DNA of 63,667 nt, counting the filler, from Bacteroidales bacterium (GTDB taxonomy: Bacteria; Bacteroidota; Bacteroidia; Bacteroidales; CAIWKO01): the NCBI GenBank assembly GCA_035389045.1. It is 7 parts of 5 records of this genome, joined end to end, with 100 filler letters (N's around TTAATTAATTAA, not from the genome) between each part and the next. Parts side by side here need not be neighbours in the genome. Positions count along the whole stretch, not along the records: positions 1 to 9,457 come from DAOORA010000001.1; positions 9,558 to 20,116 come from DAOORA010000001.1; 5 more parts are not named here. The stretch is one strand, 5' to 3'. Position numbers and translations under genes: made by a program. Of this stretch, positions 1 to 10,086 are shown one piece after another; within the stretch, counting starts at the first letter, position 1; each line of letters begins with the position of its first letter. The notes under the pieces were generated by a model, which worked only from the letters and a program-made list of their open reading frames with translations, had not been told where the DNA came from and made no database searches.

Positions 1-2
1 TT

Positions 3-260
3 ATTTATATTCAGGCCGACGGAAGCTATTCAAAGGTTTTTGAATCAGACATCAAGTTTTGTCATGTGTCCCGTAACTTAAAAGAAATAGAAGAACAACT
101 CGTTAACGAAGGATTCCTCAGGGTGCACAAAAGCTATCTGATAAACATGCAGTACCTGTCATCGTATGATAAAAAAAACAGATATTGCACCCTTATAAAG
201 AATGGTTTTACCTTAAACATACCTGTATCGTTCAGATTTACAAAAAATATCTCGTTCTGA
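3..260 (+). CDS. LytTR DNA-binding domain of a response regulator, 5'-truncated at window edge
   Basis: Open frame from position 3 reads IYIQADGSYS...SRNLKEIEEQL...FLRVHKSYLIN; F-x-R-V-H-K-S-Y-L-I-N is the LytTR signature. Confidence 0.88.
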   Translation: MYIQADGSYSKVFESDIKFCHVSRNLKEIEEQLVNEGFLRVHKSYLINMQYLSSYDKKNRYCTLIKNGFTLNIPVSFRFTKNISF

Positions 261-314
261 AAAAAATGAATTATCATTTTTTATTCCCCTAAAAAACAAA
301 AAAAAATATTTTCG

Positions 315-355
315 TTGCCAAAATCTATACGGTTATTGCTAAATCGCTACGGTTA
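315..355 (+). promoter_or_regulatory. Imperfect direct repeat, candidate LytTR binding site
   Basis: ttgccaaaatctatacggtta / ttgctaaatcgctacggtta; core TACGGTTA at 328 and 348 (20-nt period), just downstream of the LytTR gene. Confidence 0.4.
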
Positions 356-653
356 TAAACTGATTGCGATTTTTTATGCACATGCTTCAAATTATAAATA
401 CCTTTGAATGTGTTTATATTAATTATCCTATATAAATTACAATGTTATTTGAAATAATATAACGCATTACCGTTTTAAAAAAGTGAAATTCTTTTATTGC
501 AGTATCTATTAGTTTTAAAGGGATTTATAGAAAAACAACAAGATAACCAGTTTTTAATATGAAAACTAAATATTCCCTGATCGTTGAACAAATTTTAATT
601 GTATTCGGAATATCTGTTTAACCAATTCATTAATAAAATAAACCCTAACCATT

Positions 654-980
654 ATGTTAAATCATTATCAAAAGAATCATAAGATTGATCTTAAAAAATT
701 TGAGAAATACATTGATAAGTTGAGAGTAATGTCGCATCCGGTCAGGTTTGCCATATTAGTAATGCTTACCCACAGAAAAAAGATGACCGTGACGGAGATT
801 TATGAAGAGCTTTCGATACAGCAGGCGGCTGCATCAAATCATCTTAAAACACTCAAATCACATGAACTGATACTTTCCAAAAAGAACGGAAAAAATACCA
901 ACTACTTTATCAATAACAAAACCATCTCGAAGTTGGGAAGAACTTTGAATTTAAATCAATCCGAGAACAATAAAGAGTAA
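654..980 (+). CDS. ArsR/SmtB family HTH transcriptional regulator
   Basis: MSHPVRFAIL...MTVTEIYEELSIQQAAASNHLKTLK...KNGKNTNYFIN matches the ArsR winged HTH. Confidence 0.9.
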   Translation: MLNHYQKNHKIDLKKFEKYIDKLRVMSHPVRFAILVMLTHRKKMTVTEIYEELSIQQAAASNHLKTLKSHELILSKKNGKNTNYFINNKTISKLGRTLNLNQSENNKE

Positions 981-1349
981 ATAATACCTTATTCTTAGAA
1001 ATTGTTTCTTAGTCTGGAAAATTCATAAAACTAACTCAGTATTACCATCCTTTGAATTTAGTTTTTCTATAATTCCCTGTTTTAAAGCTGCCATGAAAGC
1101 AATCATTCAGAAACACAGTTTTTTGTCCGTACAATGGTAACATTCCGCTGTTTTTTTTCTTTTTAAAAAATGTCGAAACAGAGTTTTATTTATTCTGTTC
1201 ATCGGACCATTAATATATGTATTTAGCTTTCATATACTTCACAGTAAAACTATTTGCTGATGCTATCATTAAAGTTACTATATCGTTTAGTTCTTAACAT
1301 TTTTTAACTATTTTTAACACAAAATACAAAGTTACGTTGATATTTTATT

Positions 1350-1357
1350 TAAGTTTG
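1350..1357 (+). promoter_or_regulatory. Bacteroidota sigma-A -7 element
   Basis: TAAGTTTG matches TAnnTTTG, about 50 nt upstream of the ATG at 1409. Confidence 0.55.
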
Positions 1358-1408
1358 TGATTTAGAAAAATCTTATAATAAACCTTTTTATTAACAAAAA
1401 CTACAGCT

Positions 1409-4400
1409 ATGAAAAAACTATTTACATTATTTCTTTTGCTCTTTGCATGGGCTATAAGCTCATGGGGGCAGGCTCCGGTAACAGTGACTATCGGCAGCGG
1501 AACTACGACGGGCAGATATCCGTTGGATGATTACTTCGTTTATTCGCGGTCGCAATGCATCTATCTTGCCTCAGAAATAGGCGCAGGCGGGACGATTACC
1601 AAATTAAGATGGTATCGCAGCGACACGGGCGCCGATCCCGATGCTATTGATTCCACCAGAATATGGTTGACGGAAACCAGCAATAACGTTTTGCCGGATG
1701 GCAACTGGGAAAATCCGGGGACACTGGTGGCCGTGATTGCCAATATTGACCTGGGAAGCGGAGACGGGTGGTATGAAATAGATATTACAGATTTTGTATA
1801 TTCGGGCACACAAAATCTCCTGGTATCCGTACATACCCAGGATGCCCCCTATACAGCACCTCACTCCTACTGGCGCTATACCGCCACTACAGGAAACCTG
1901 TCCCGTTTAGGACAATCTGATTACACCAATCCTCCTGCCATGAGCCTGAGTGTCAACAGGCCCAATATCCAACTGGATATGCTGGTCAGCACACCTGTTC
2001 TTTCGGTATCGCCCGCTGCACTTGCTTTTGGCTACATACCCTATCCGGGAAGTTCTGCCGGACAAACCTATACCCTTTCGGGAATAAATTTAACCTCCAG
2101 CCCAGTAGTGGTAACTGCTCCCGCAGGATTTGAAGTATCGCTTGACAGCTCCACATGGTCGGGCTCTGCCGATGTGGCTTTTACCCCACCCACTCTTTCA
2201 GACACAACGATTTATGTAAGGTTTACCCCTGCTGCGGCCCTTACGAGTTACAGTGATGTTGTCATCAATGATGGCAATGGCGCCTCGGCATCCGTTACGG
2301 TCAGCGGCACATCTGATGTATTCACTGCGTATTGTTTATCCGGAGCCAGCTACACCGCAGACGAAGACATCACCCATGTGGGGTTCGGAAATATTCTGAA
2401 TAACACCAGCGCCTGTGCCAGTTTAACCGGATCGCAGGGCACAGCAACCGGCACAGCCAGTTTATACAGTAACTTTGTTTCTAATCCCCCTACCTCTGTT
2501 TCCCGGGGTATCACTTATCCTATAAATGTGGAGATCACACAATGCGGAAACGGAGTCTACGGCCATGATGTAAGAGTATATATTGACTTCAATCAAAACG
2601 GACTGCTGACCGATACCGGAGAAGAGTTTATCATCTGGCCCTATAACGATACATCCACACATACCATAACCGCTAATATTGCAATACCGGCTACAGCATC
2701 GCTCGGAAGTACGCTGATGAGAATTGTCTGCAAGGAAAGTTCCACCAATGGACCTTGCCTTGTAAGCAGCTGGGGCGAAACTGAAGATTATAAGATCACT
2801 ATCCAGGAATACACTACCTGTGCGGCTCCTTCTGATCTGACCGTTACCAATGTTACCACACAATCTGCCGATCTGGGATGGAATGCCAACGGAACCACCG
2901 TGTGGCAGGTTGAATGGGATACCAGCGGGTTTGCTCAGGGTACAGGCCATTTTATTGATCCTGCCACCAACACTCAGCCTATAACAGGCTTGATTCCAAA
3001 CACCGAATATGATTTTTATGTGCGTGCCCTGTGTGATCCGGACACCAGCTATTGGTCGGGACCGTATACCTTTTCAACACTGTTATGCAATGCATCGAAT
3101 CAATGTACCTACGAATTCACCTTGTCAGACATTTATGGTGACGGGTGGAACGGCGGAACCATGCAGGTTTTACAGGGCGGAAATGTCATCGCCACGTTAA
3201 GTTTGTTGAACGGTGACTCTGCCACACAATATGTCAGCATCTGCGATGGATACAGCTTTGAGGTATACTGGAATAATGGCGGAAGCTTTCCGGGAGAATG
3301 TGGTCTGCGTGTTTTTGATCCGTTTGGCTCACAGTTGTTTTATCAGGCACCTTTAAACGATACTCTCGTGGGAACGACGCTGTTTACTGAGGACGGAAAC
3401 TGTACCCCGCCTTCGTGTTATTCACCTTCAGGGCAGACGGTTACAAACCCCACAGCCGTCGGGGCTGATCTTGGATGGACCAGCGCTGATTCGTTCTTTG
3501 ATATTTATATCAGCACCGCTGCCGCACCGGCTCCGGGAGCTGCCACGGTTCCTACCGTGGACAATGCCCCCGGCAACTCCTATACCTGGACAGGCGGAAA
3601 CTCAGCCACTACTTATTTCTGGTGGGTACGCGCCGATTGCGAAGCAGGGGGCGGAACCGGCCAGAGTTACTGGTATGGACCCTACAGTTTTAACACGGTA
3701 CTATGCGATTCTTCATCTCAATGTGAGTATACATTCAATATGTTTGATTCATATGGTGACGGATGGAACGGAGCTGAAATGCAGGTATTACAGAACGGCA
3801 TAGTGGTTGCCGCCCTGAACCTTGCTTCAGGAGATTCAGGCACAATGATGGTCCCCGTTTGCGAAGGTATAAACCTGGAGGTATTATGGAATATCGGCGG
3901 AAGTTACCCCGGAGAATGTGGCTTGCAGATACTGGATCCCTTTGGTATAGAATTATATAACCAGAATCCTGTCGGAAGTACTTTTGTGGGAACCACCCTG
4001 TATACAGGCACCGGAAATTGCCAGCCCCCGTTATGTCCGGCACCCACAGCACAAACGGTGAACAATATCGCTCTTGACTCCGCTGAACTCGCATGGACAA
4101 CCGGCGGTGCAACGATGTGGAATATTGAATACGGGCCTTATGGTTTCACTCCCGGTACGGGAACCCTTATCCATAATGTCACCAATCCCTACGTACTTTC
4201 AGGCCTTTCGAGTGCAACCATGTACGACTGGTATGTTCAGGATTCATGCGATGTTGATGTGGTCAGCCTTTGGACCGGCCCCCATTCATTTACTACCCTT
4301 TGCCCCACGGTTACTACCTTTCCGTTCACTGAAGATTTTGAAGCCGGATTGGTACCACCGGTATGCTGGTCCGAAATTGTCAACAACACCATAGCAAACT

Positions 4401-7354
4401 GGGAATATGGTTTTACTACCACGGGCTTTGCCAATGTCCTTTATGATTATTCACAGAATGAGTGGCTCATGACACCTGTTCTGGATCTGAGTTCGCTGAC
4501 ACATCCCTATTTGAGTTTCGACTGGATGATGAGTTATTACTGGGGTGTTGATCCCTACAACAACTATGACCTGATATGCAAAATAAGCACTGACGGCGGT
4601 ATTACCTGGGATTCGGCATGGTCGGAAGCGGCTGAAGGGATGTTCAACAGCTGGCAGTGGTACACCAAACCTATCGACCTGCTGGCTTATGCAGGGGAGT
4701 CCAATGTCAAGATTGCCTGGCAATATATAGGTGATGACGGGGCCCAGGCAGCTATCGACAACATCGTTGTTAATGAAATTCCTGCTCCGGCCATTACCAG
4801 CCTTGGCTCCACCAGCGGCTGTCCGGGTTCCTCACTGGTGATCAATGGCACCAACCTTATCGGGGTTTCCTTGGTCACTATCGGCGGAACGCCTGCTACC
4901 ATTACTGCAAACACACCTGCCTCCGTAACTGTGACCGTAGGTTCGGGTACAACAGGTATCGTTGAAGTTACAGCATTCGGAGGTACAGCAACCAGTACGG
5001 AAACCTTTACCGTAAATACCCTGCCACAGGCATTTTCAGTTATCGGAGGCGGAAGCTACTGTGAAGACGGCTCAGGCGTAGTCATTACTCTTGAAAGCTC
5101 TGAAAACGGGACGGAATACAGTCTTTCAACCACTCCGGTCACCACCCTGACGGGCAATGGCGGAGCCGTTACCTTCGGCCCTGAACCATTTGCACCCGGA
5201 GTATATACCATAACGGCAGAAAACCCGCTTACAGGTTGTACATCAGTAATGTCAGGATCGGCCATAGTTTCAGTAAATCCGAAACCTGATTCGATCACCG
5301 CTACAGCATCCGATGATACCATCTGCCAGGGAACATCCATCGACCTGAATGTTTCTGCGCTCACAAATTCAGGCTCACTTTTCACTTATAATGAAGGTTT
5401 TGAAACATGGCCCCCTGCAGGGTTTACATTCATTAACAATAACGGAACAGGAAATAGCTGGGAACCATCGGTAACTTACTATTCCGGCAGTTTCGGGATG
5501 TACTATCCGTATACCGCGGCTTCTGCCGCCGACGCCTGGGCGATCACACCCGCTCAATCGCTGGTTGCGGGAACTACCTATACCGTTTCATTCTGGTACA
5601 GGATAGCCTCCTCCATGTATCCTGAAAAATTAAAAGTCACGGTCGGAACAGACACCCTGGTAGCCGCACAAACAACTACCTTATGGGATAACAACGGAGA
5701 TACGGCACTGCTGAATACGACATGGGCTTTTGGAACAGCAATATACACACCGGCAACTTCCGGTAATTATTATTTCGGGTTCAATTGTTATTCGGATGCC
5801 GACATGTACAATTTATATATTGATGAAATTTCAATAAAAGATCCGCCCATTCCTTCGAACTACTCCTGGACCTCCATACCGTCAGGATTTATATCATCCG
5901 TACAAAATCCAGCCGGTGTGACACCTGATGTTACAACAAGGTATATTGTCAGTGTGGAAAATTCTTATGGTTGCTCGGATACAGCAAGTGTCACGGTAGT
6001 TGTAAACACCTGCGGAGGATATGCCATCACCGGCAAAACCAAATATGCGCCAAAAGCTAATAACGGTAGCCCGGCACCTAATCCTCCGACTTATAATGCT
6101 GCGATTTATAACATTGATAACGTCATTGTTATCCTTAAAAACGCATTAGGCGCCGAATTAGCAAGAGACACCAGTGATGCGCTCGGAAATTACCAGTTCA
6201 CCAATGTGGCCGACGGCAGCTATATTTTATCATACGATAAATATACCGTGGACACCATGCAATGGGCTAATGATGTAAATGCCATTGACCTGGCGATAAT
6301 CAAGTACTATGTAGGCACGGATACCCTTTCCGATCCTTCCAGGAATTTCTCGGCTAAATATAAGAAAGCTGCAAACGTGGACAATAACACTTCCATCAAT
6401 TCCATTGACTTATCAAGAATCAAGACCAAGATCGGTTCACCGTTAAATGCTTCCAAAAACTTCCCCAAAGGAAACTGGGTAGCTCTTGATACCGCTGTTA
6501 CCGTTGCCGGCGCTAACCTCAACATTACCCTCAAAACAATCTGCTACGGTGATTACAACGCATCAAGTACAAAATATCGTGACTCGCTGGTCAACTGGAG
6601 CGGCGTAAAATCAATGCCTTCGGAAATCATTGTTACATCTGATGAATATATCACTACCAGTGACCCCTCCTATTTTGAGGTACCCCTGAGGATCAGTACC
6701 AAAATCAATGAGTTTTCGGCGATGGGACTCGAACTGAATTATCCCGATAAAGATTTCAGGCTGATAAGCGTTTCTATGCCCAACACCAGCAACAAAAACG
6801 GGGTAGTGAAGATCAACCCCACCCTGGAAGAAGTCATTGCTGAAGACAACGACCTGCTGGTGACGGATGAAGACGGCGTGATCCGGGTGGTATACGCCAC
6901 TACCAATCATTATGATGTGGCAACCAACGACCAGATGATCATTCTGGGTTTTGTTCCTGTCCATACACTTGCCCACGGAGAAGTTGAATTTTCGCTCAGC
7001 GGCACAGGTGTTCTCGGAGATCAGTATGGTATTGAAAATGAGGACGCATACCTTATCATGCCCAAGGTCTATGTTCAGGGCACCGAAGCAGGATTTGAGT
7101 TTTCGGGTTATCCCAACCCGTTCAGCGGTCAAGCCACACTGAATTACAACATCCCGGAAAACGGGAACGTAAAACTTACCGTATATAATGCCATCGGCGA
7201 ACTGGTGAATGAGCTTGTAAATGAAAGTCAGATGAGCGGAAAACACGCTGTTGAATTTTCACCAAAGTCTCTGCCGGCCGGTATGTACACGTTTAAACTG
7301 GAATTTGAAGGACAGAACATTTCCAAATGCCTGGTATTGAAGCTGGTTCACTGA
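1409..7354 (+). CDS. Large T9SS-secreted surface protein (GEVED, FN3 repeats, IPT/TIG, cleaved-adhesin-like domains, dockerin-like and cohesin-like modules, T9SS CTD)
   Basis: Signal peptide; GEVED domain (VYIDFNQNG...GETEDY); FN3 repeats (GLIPNTEYDFYVRA, GLSSATMYDWYVQ); duplicated DxYGDGWNG module; EDFE/EGFE adhesin-type domains; C-terminal YPNPFSG...GMYTFKL...KLVH. Confidence 0.9.
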   Translation: MKKLFTLFLLLFAWAISSWGQAPVTVTIGSGTTTGRYPLDDYFVYSRSQCIYLASEIGAGGTITKLRWYRSDTGADPDAIDSTRIWLTETSNNVLPDGNWENPGTLVAVIANIDLGSGDGWYEIDITDFVYSGTQNLLVSVHTQDAPYTAPHSYWRYTATTGNLSRLGQSDYTNPPAMSLSVNRPNIQLDMLVSTPVLSVSPAALAFGYIPYPGSSAGQTYTLSGINLTSSPVVVTAPAGFEVSLDSSTWSGSADVAFTPPTLSDTTIYVRFTPAAALTSYSDVVINDGNGASASVTVSGTSDVFTAYCLSGASYTADEDITHVGFGNILNNTSACASLTGSQGTATGTASLYSNFVSNPPTSVSRGITYPINVEITQCGNGVYGHDVRVYIDFNQNGLLTDTGEEFIIWPYNDTSTHTITANIAIPATASLGSTLMRIVCKESSTNGPCLVSSWGETEDYKITIQEYTTCAAPSDLTVTNVTTQSADLGWNANGTTVWQVEWDTSGFAQGTGHFIDPATNTQPITGLIPNTEYDFYVRALCDPDTSYWSGPYTFSTLLCNASNQCTYEFTLSDIYGDGWNGGTMQVLQGGNVIATLSLLNGDSATQYVSICDGYSFEVYWNNGGSFPGECGLRVFDPFGSQLFYQAPLNDTLVGTTLFTEDGNCTPPSCYSPSGQTVTNPTAVGADLGWTSADSFFDIYISTAAAPAPGAATVPTVDNAPGNSYTWTGGNSATTYFWWVRADCEAGGGTGQSYWYGPYSFNTVLCDSSSQCEYTFNMFDSYGDGWNGAEMQVLQNGIVVAALNLASGDSGTMMVPVCEGINLEVLWNIGGSYPGECGLQILDPFGIELYNQNPVGSTFVGTTLYTGTGNCQPPLCPAPTAQTVNNIALDSAELAWTTGGATMWNIEYGPYGFTPGTGTLIHNVTNPYVLSGLSSATMYDWYVQDSCDVDVVSLWTGPHSFTTLCPTVTTFPFTEDFEAGLVPPVCWSEIVNNTIANWEYGFTTTGFANVLYDYSQNEWLMTPVLDLSSLTHPYLSFDWMMSYYWGVDPYNNYDLICKISTDGGITWDSAWSEAAEGMFNSWQWYTKPIDLLAYAGESNVKIAWQYIGDDGAQAAIDNIVVNEIPAPAITSLGSTSGCPGSSLVINGTNLIGVSLVTIGGTPATITANTPASVTVTVGSGTTGIVEVTAFGGTATSTETFTVNTLPQAFSVIGGGSYCEDGSGVVITLESSENGTEYSLSTTPVTTLTGNGGAVTFGPEPFAPGVYTITAENPLTGCTSVMSGSAIVSVNPKPDSITATASDDTICQGTSIDLNVSALTNSGSLFTYNEGFETWPPAGFTFINNNGTGNSWEPSVTYYSGSFGMYYPYTAASAADAWAITPAQSLVAGTTYTVSFWYRIASSMYPEKLKVTVGTDTLVAAQTTTLWDNNGDTALLNTTWAFGTAIYTPATSGNYYFGFNCYSDADMYNLYIDEISIKDPPIPSNYSWTSIPSGFISSVQNPAGVTPDVTTRYIVSVENSYGCSDTASVTVVVNTCGGYAITGKTKYAPKANNGSPAPNPPTYNAAIYNIDNVIVILKNALGAELARDTSDALGNYQFTNVADGSYILSYDKYTVDTMQWANDVNAIDLAIIKYYVGTDTLSDPSRNFSAKYKKAANVDNNTSINSIDLSRIKTKIGSPLNASKNFPKGNWVALDTAVTVAGANLNITLKTICYGDYNASSTKYRDSLVNWSGVKSMPSEIIVTSDEYITTSDPSYFEVPLRISTKINEFSAMGLELNYPDKDFRLISVSMPNTSNKNGVVKINPTLEEVIAEDNDLLVTDEDGVIRVVYATTNHYDVATNDQMIILGFVPVHTLAHGEVEFSLSGTGVLGDQYGIENEDAYLIMPKVYVQGTEAGFEFSGYPNPFSGQATLNYNIPENGNVKLTVYNAIGELVNELVNESQMSGKHAVEFSPKSLPAGMYTFKLEFEGQNISKCLVLKLVH

Positions 7355-7408
7355 GAGCTATAAGTACCTGACAAATGAAATGTTGTCGCACCATTCCATG
7401 TAATACAT

Positions 7409-7437
7409 AAAAAGCGGGGCATATGCCCCGCTTTTTT
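7409..7437 (+). terminator. Rho-independent terminator
   Basis: aaaaagcggggc-atat-gccccgctttttt, a perfect hairpin followed by a T-tract. Confidence 0.85.
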
Positions 7438-7660
7438 ATTCAATATTCTCATTTTCAAAGTTATTCATAAGTGAAACAGAAAACGCTGACGCTATCGGGA
7501 AATCAAAAGCGATTTTTTTATTAGTAACATTATTCCAGATATTGAAATAATAATTTATAATTATATATTATAATAAACTAATATTTGCTGTAAATAGAGC
7601 AGAAAAACAGTAAAATATACTAATTTTGCATCGAATTTTCAACATATATACCATTCATTT

Positions 7661-9457
7661 ATGAAATATAAAAACTCATTACTCAAAAAACTATCACTGG
7701 TATTTTTTGGTTTAACCATATTACTGATTTGCCAAACTAAAGCCTATCCTTATGGTATTACAAGTATCAGTGGCTCAGGCTGGTCGGGGACATTGAATTA
7801 TTCAAGCAATTCTAATATATACACATGCTATAACTCCGGGCTGACGCTTTATACGGATGTTACTGCTTCCACAACCGTTGGTTCCACCACCTATTACCGG
7901 AAGTGGCAGTACAGTTCTGACGGAAATACCTGGTTTACTACGAGTTCTGGTGGTTCAGGTTATGCCACTCATGCGACCATTTCCCGTTATTACCGTTGCG
8001 TCCAGATAAGTACAGGATTGGTGGTTCTTTCGGGCAGTGAGACGCCCTGGGTACGGGTATTTTTCGGTCCCAGCTATGTGTCCCTGCCCTCAGCAGTATC
8101 AACCACCAATTATACAGGCACCCAGTTCACTGCCAACTGGACCACCTCCGGCACACCACATGGTCCAAGCACTATGGATATCCGTCATTACCTGTTTTGT
8201 TCCACCACCTCTGATTTTCAGGCAAACACTGCACCTACAGGGCAGGGGTTCAACCCAGCCTGTGCAAAATTAATCACCGCATGCAGCGACGCTTCTTCTG
8301 CAATTGCAGGATGCACAAACCCTAGTACGCCTGTTACATATAATGTTACCGGGCTTACCCCCGGTGTAACCTATTACTGGAAAGTTTTAGCACAATCATA
8401 TCATGAGGAAAGCAGCAACGGCGACCTCTGGTGCGGAGTTTAAAGTTCCTACACGGCCACACAAACTGTTTCAGCCTGTTCAGCGCCGCAGGTAACTTCG
8501 CATCCCGTTTCGCAAGCGGTCTGTACGGGAGGTTCTGTTACATTCACTGTCACCGCTTCCGGCACACCTGCCCTATCCTATCAATGGAGAAAAAACGGCT
8601 CCGATATCGGCGGAGCAACGAGTTCGACCTTTAGTATAAATCCTGTAACAGCCGGTGATACCGGTTCATATACGGTGTACATCACCAATTCATGCGGCAA
8701 TGCCACTTCAGGTATTGCCATGCTCACCCTGGTACCCTCCCCTGTTATAACAACACAGCCCACTGACATTTATGATGCCTGTCCGGGGATTAGTGTTTCT
8801 TTCAGCGTCACAGCAACGGGCAGCCCGGTCAGCTATCAGTGGCAGGTGTCCACCAATGGCGGAGTCAGTTACAGCAACATCACGGCTGCAGGATCCAATC
8901 CGGTTTATACCGGCTGGACAAGCGCCACACTTGGCATTAACAATATCAGTCCGGCAAACAATTATGTGTACCGCTGCATTGCCGGTTCAACGTGTTTGCC
9001 CAACGACACCTCTGATGCTGCACACCTGTGGGTTTCCGACGGCCCCGGCCCGGTGACGGTAAGCGGAGGCGGGACATACTGCGGCAGCACCGTGATTACA
9101 GCCAGCGGCCTGTCCGGATTCACTGTTTATTTCCAGGGCACGACTTCCGGAGGAACTTCCCAGAGCAACCCTTCCACCTCGGAAACCATCACCAGCTCAG
9201 GCATCTATTATTTCAGGACTTTCGACGGCAACTGCTGGGGAACCGAAGGCAGCGCTGCTGTGAGCATTAATGCTGTTCCCGGGGCGGTTTCCGTGAGCGG
9301 CGATACGGTACAATGCGGTGGCACTGTTACTCTGCACGCTTCAGGCGGATCGGGAGGTACCATATACTGGCAGGGAATGACCAGTGGGGGAATATCCACG
9401 GCTACAGCATCGACCTCGCAAACGACAGGCACATCAGGGACATACTATTTCCGTTCT
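7661..9457 (+). pseudogene. Secreted FN3/Ig-like repeat protein interrupted by one in-frame TAA (8441-8443); 3' end lost at contig break
   Basis: ORFs 7661-8443 and 8675-gap share a frame. After the TAA the frame reads SSYTATQTVSACSAPQVTSHPVSQAVCTGGSVTFTVTASGTPALSYQWRKNG, an intact Ig domain. Signal peptide present; TAATTTTG promoter element at 7621-7628. Confidence 0.8.
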
Positions 9458-9557
9458 NNNNNNNNNNNNNNNNNNNNNNNNNNNNNNNNNNNNNNNNNNN
9501 NTTAATTAATTAANNNNNNNNNNNNNNNNNNNNNNNNNNNNNNNNNNNNNNNNNNNN
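9458..9557. other. Artificial contig linker
   Basis: 44 N + TTAATTAATTAA (stops in all six frames) + 44 N. Confidence 0.97.
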
Positions 9558-9559
9558 TT

Positions 9560-10069
9560 TTAGGCACGGGATCGGTTTCCTGTGTATACAACGGCAGTGC
9601 AATTACCGCCAATGTTCCTTCTTTGGGCTATATCTTAGGTGATGAAGGAGGCGGAGCAGCGTTGGGGAAGGAATTATTGAGATTATATTTCTACAATAAA
9701 CTCCCTGAACATCTGCATCGTGATTTTACCGGAAACTACGGCATCACGCGTGAGGAAGTACTGGAAAGGGTTTATCACCAGTCGTCGCCAAATGCCTATC
9801 TTGCCACCTTCTCAAAATTCATCAGGGCACATCACAGCGATCCGTTTATCCATGACATGGTCTACCGCTGTTTCAAAGAATTTTTCCTAAACCATGTAAC
9901 TGTTTATCCCGGATATAAAAAAATGCCTCTGGTATGTACGGGTTCCATATCATTCAACCTTAAAGATATATTGTCGGAAGTGGCTGAAGAATTTGGAACT
10001 AGTATCTCAAAAATCCTGAAAGAGCCCATGGAAGGACTGGTAGAATTCCATAAAAACCTTTCAGAATAA
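9560..10069 (+). CDS. BadF/BadG/BcrA/BcrD family (N-acetylglucosamine kinase-like) ATPase, 5'-truncated
   Basis: Frame from 9560 reads LGTGSVSC...PSLGYILGDEGGGAALGK...TGSISF. Confidence 0.85.
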   Translation, partial: LGTGSVSCVYNGSAITANVPSLGYILGDEGGGAALGKELLRLYFYNKLPEHLHRDFTGNYGITREEVLERVYHQSSPNAYLATFSKFIRAHHSDPFIHDMVYRCFKEFFLNHVTVYPGYKKMPLVCTGSISFNLKDILSEVAEEFGTSISKILKEPMEGLVEFHKNLSE

Positions 10070-10086
10070 TAACAGCTGTAAAACTG

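Noticed and set aside
8431..8634. Programmed frameshift joining the two halves of the split gene
   Set aside because: Both halves are in the same frame and only an in-frame stop separates them; this short ORF is a shadow.
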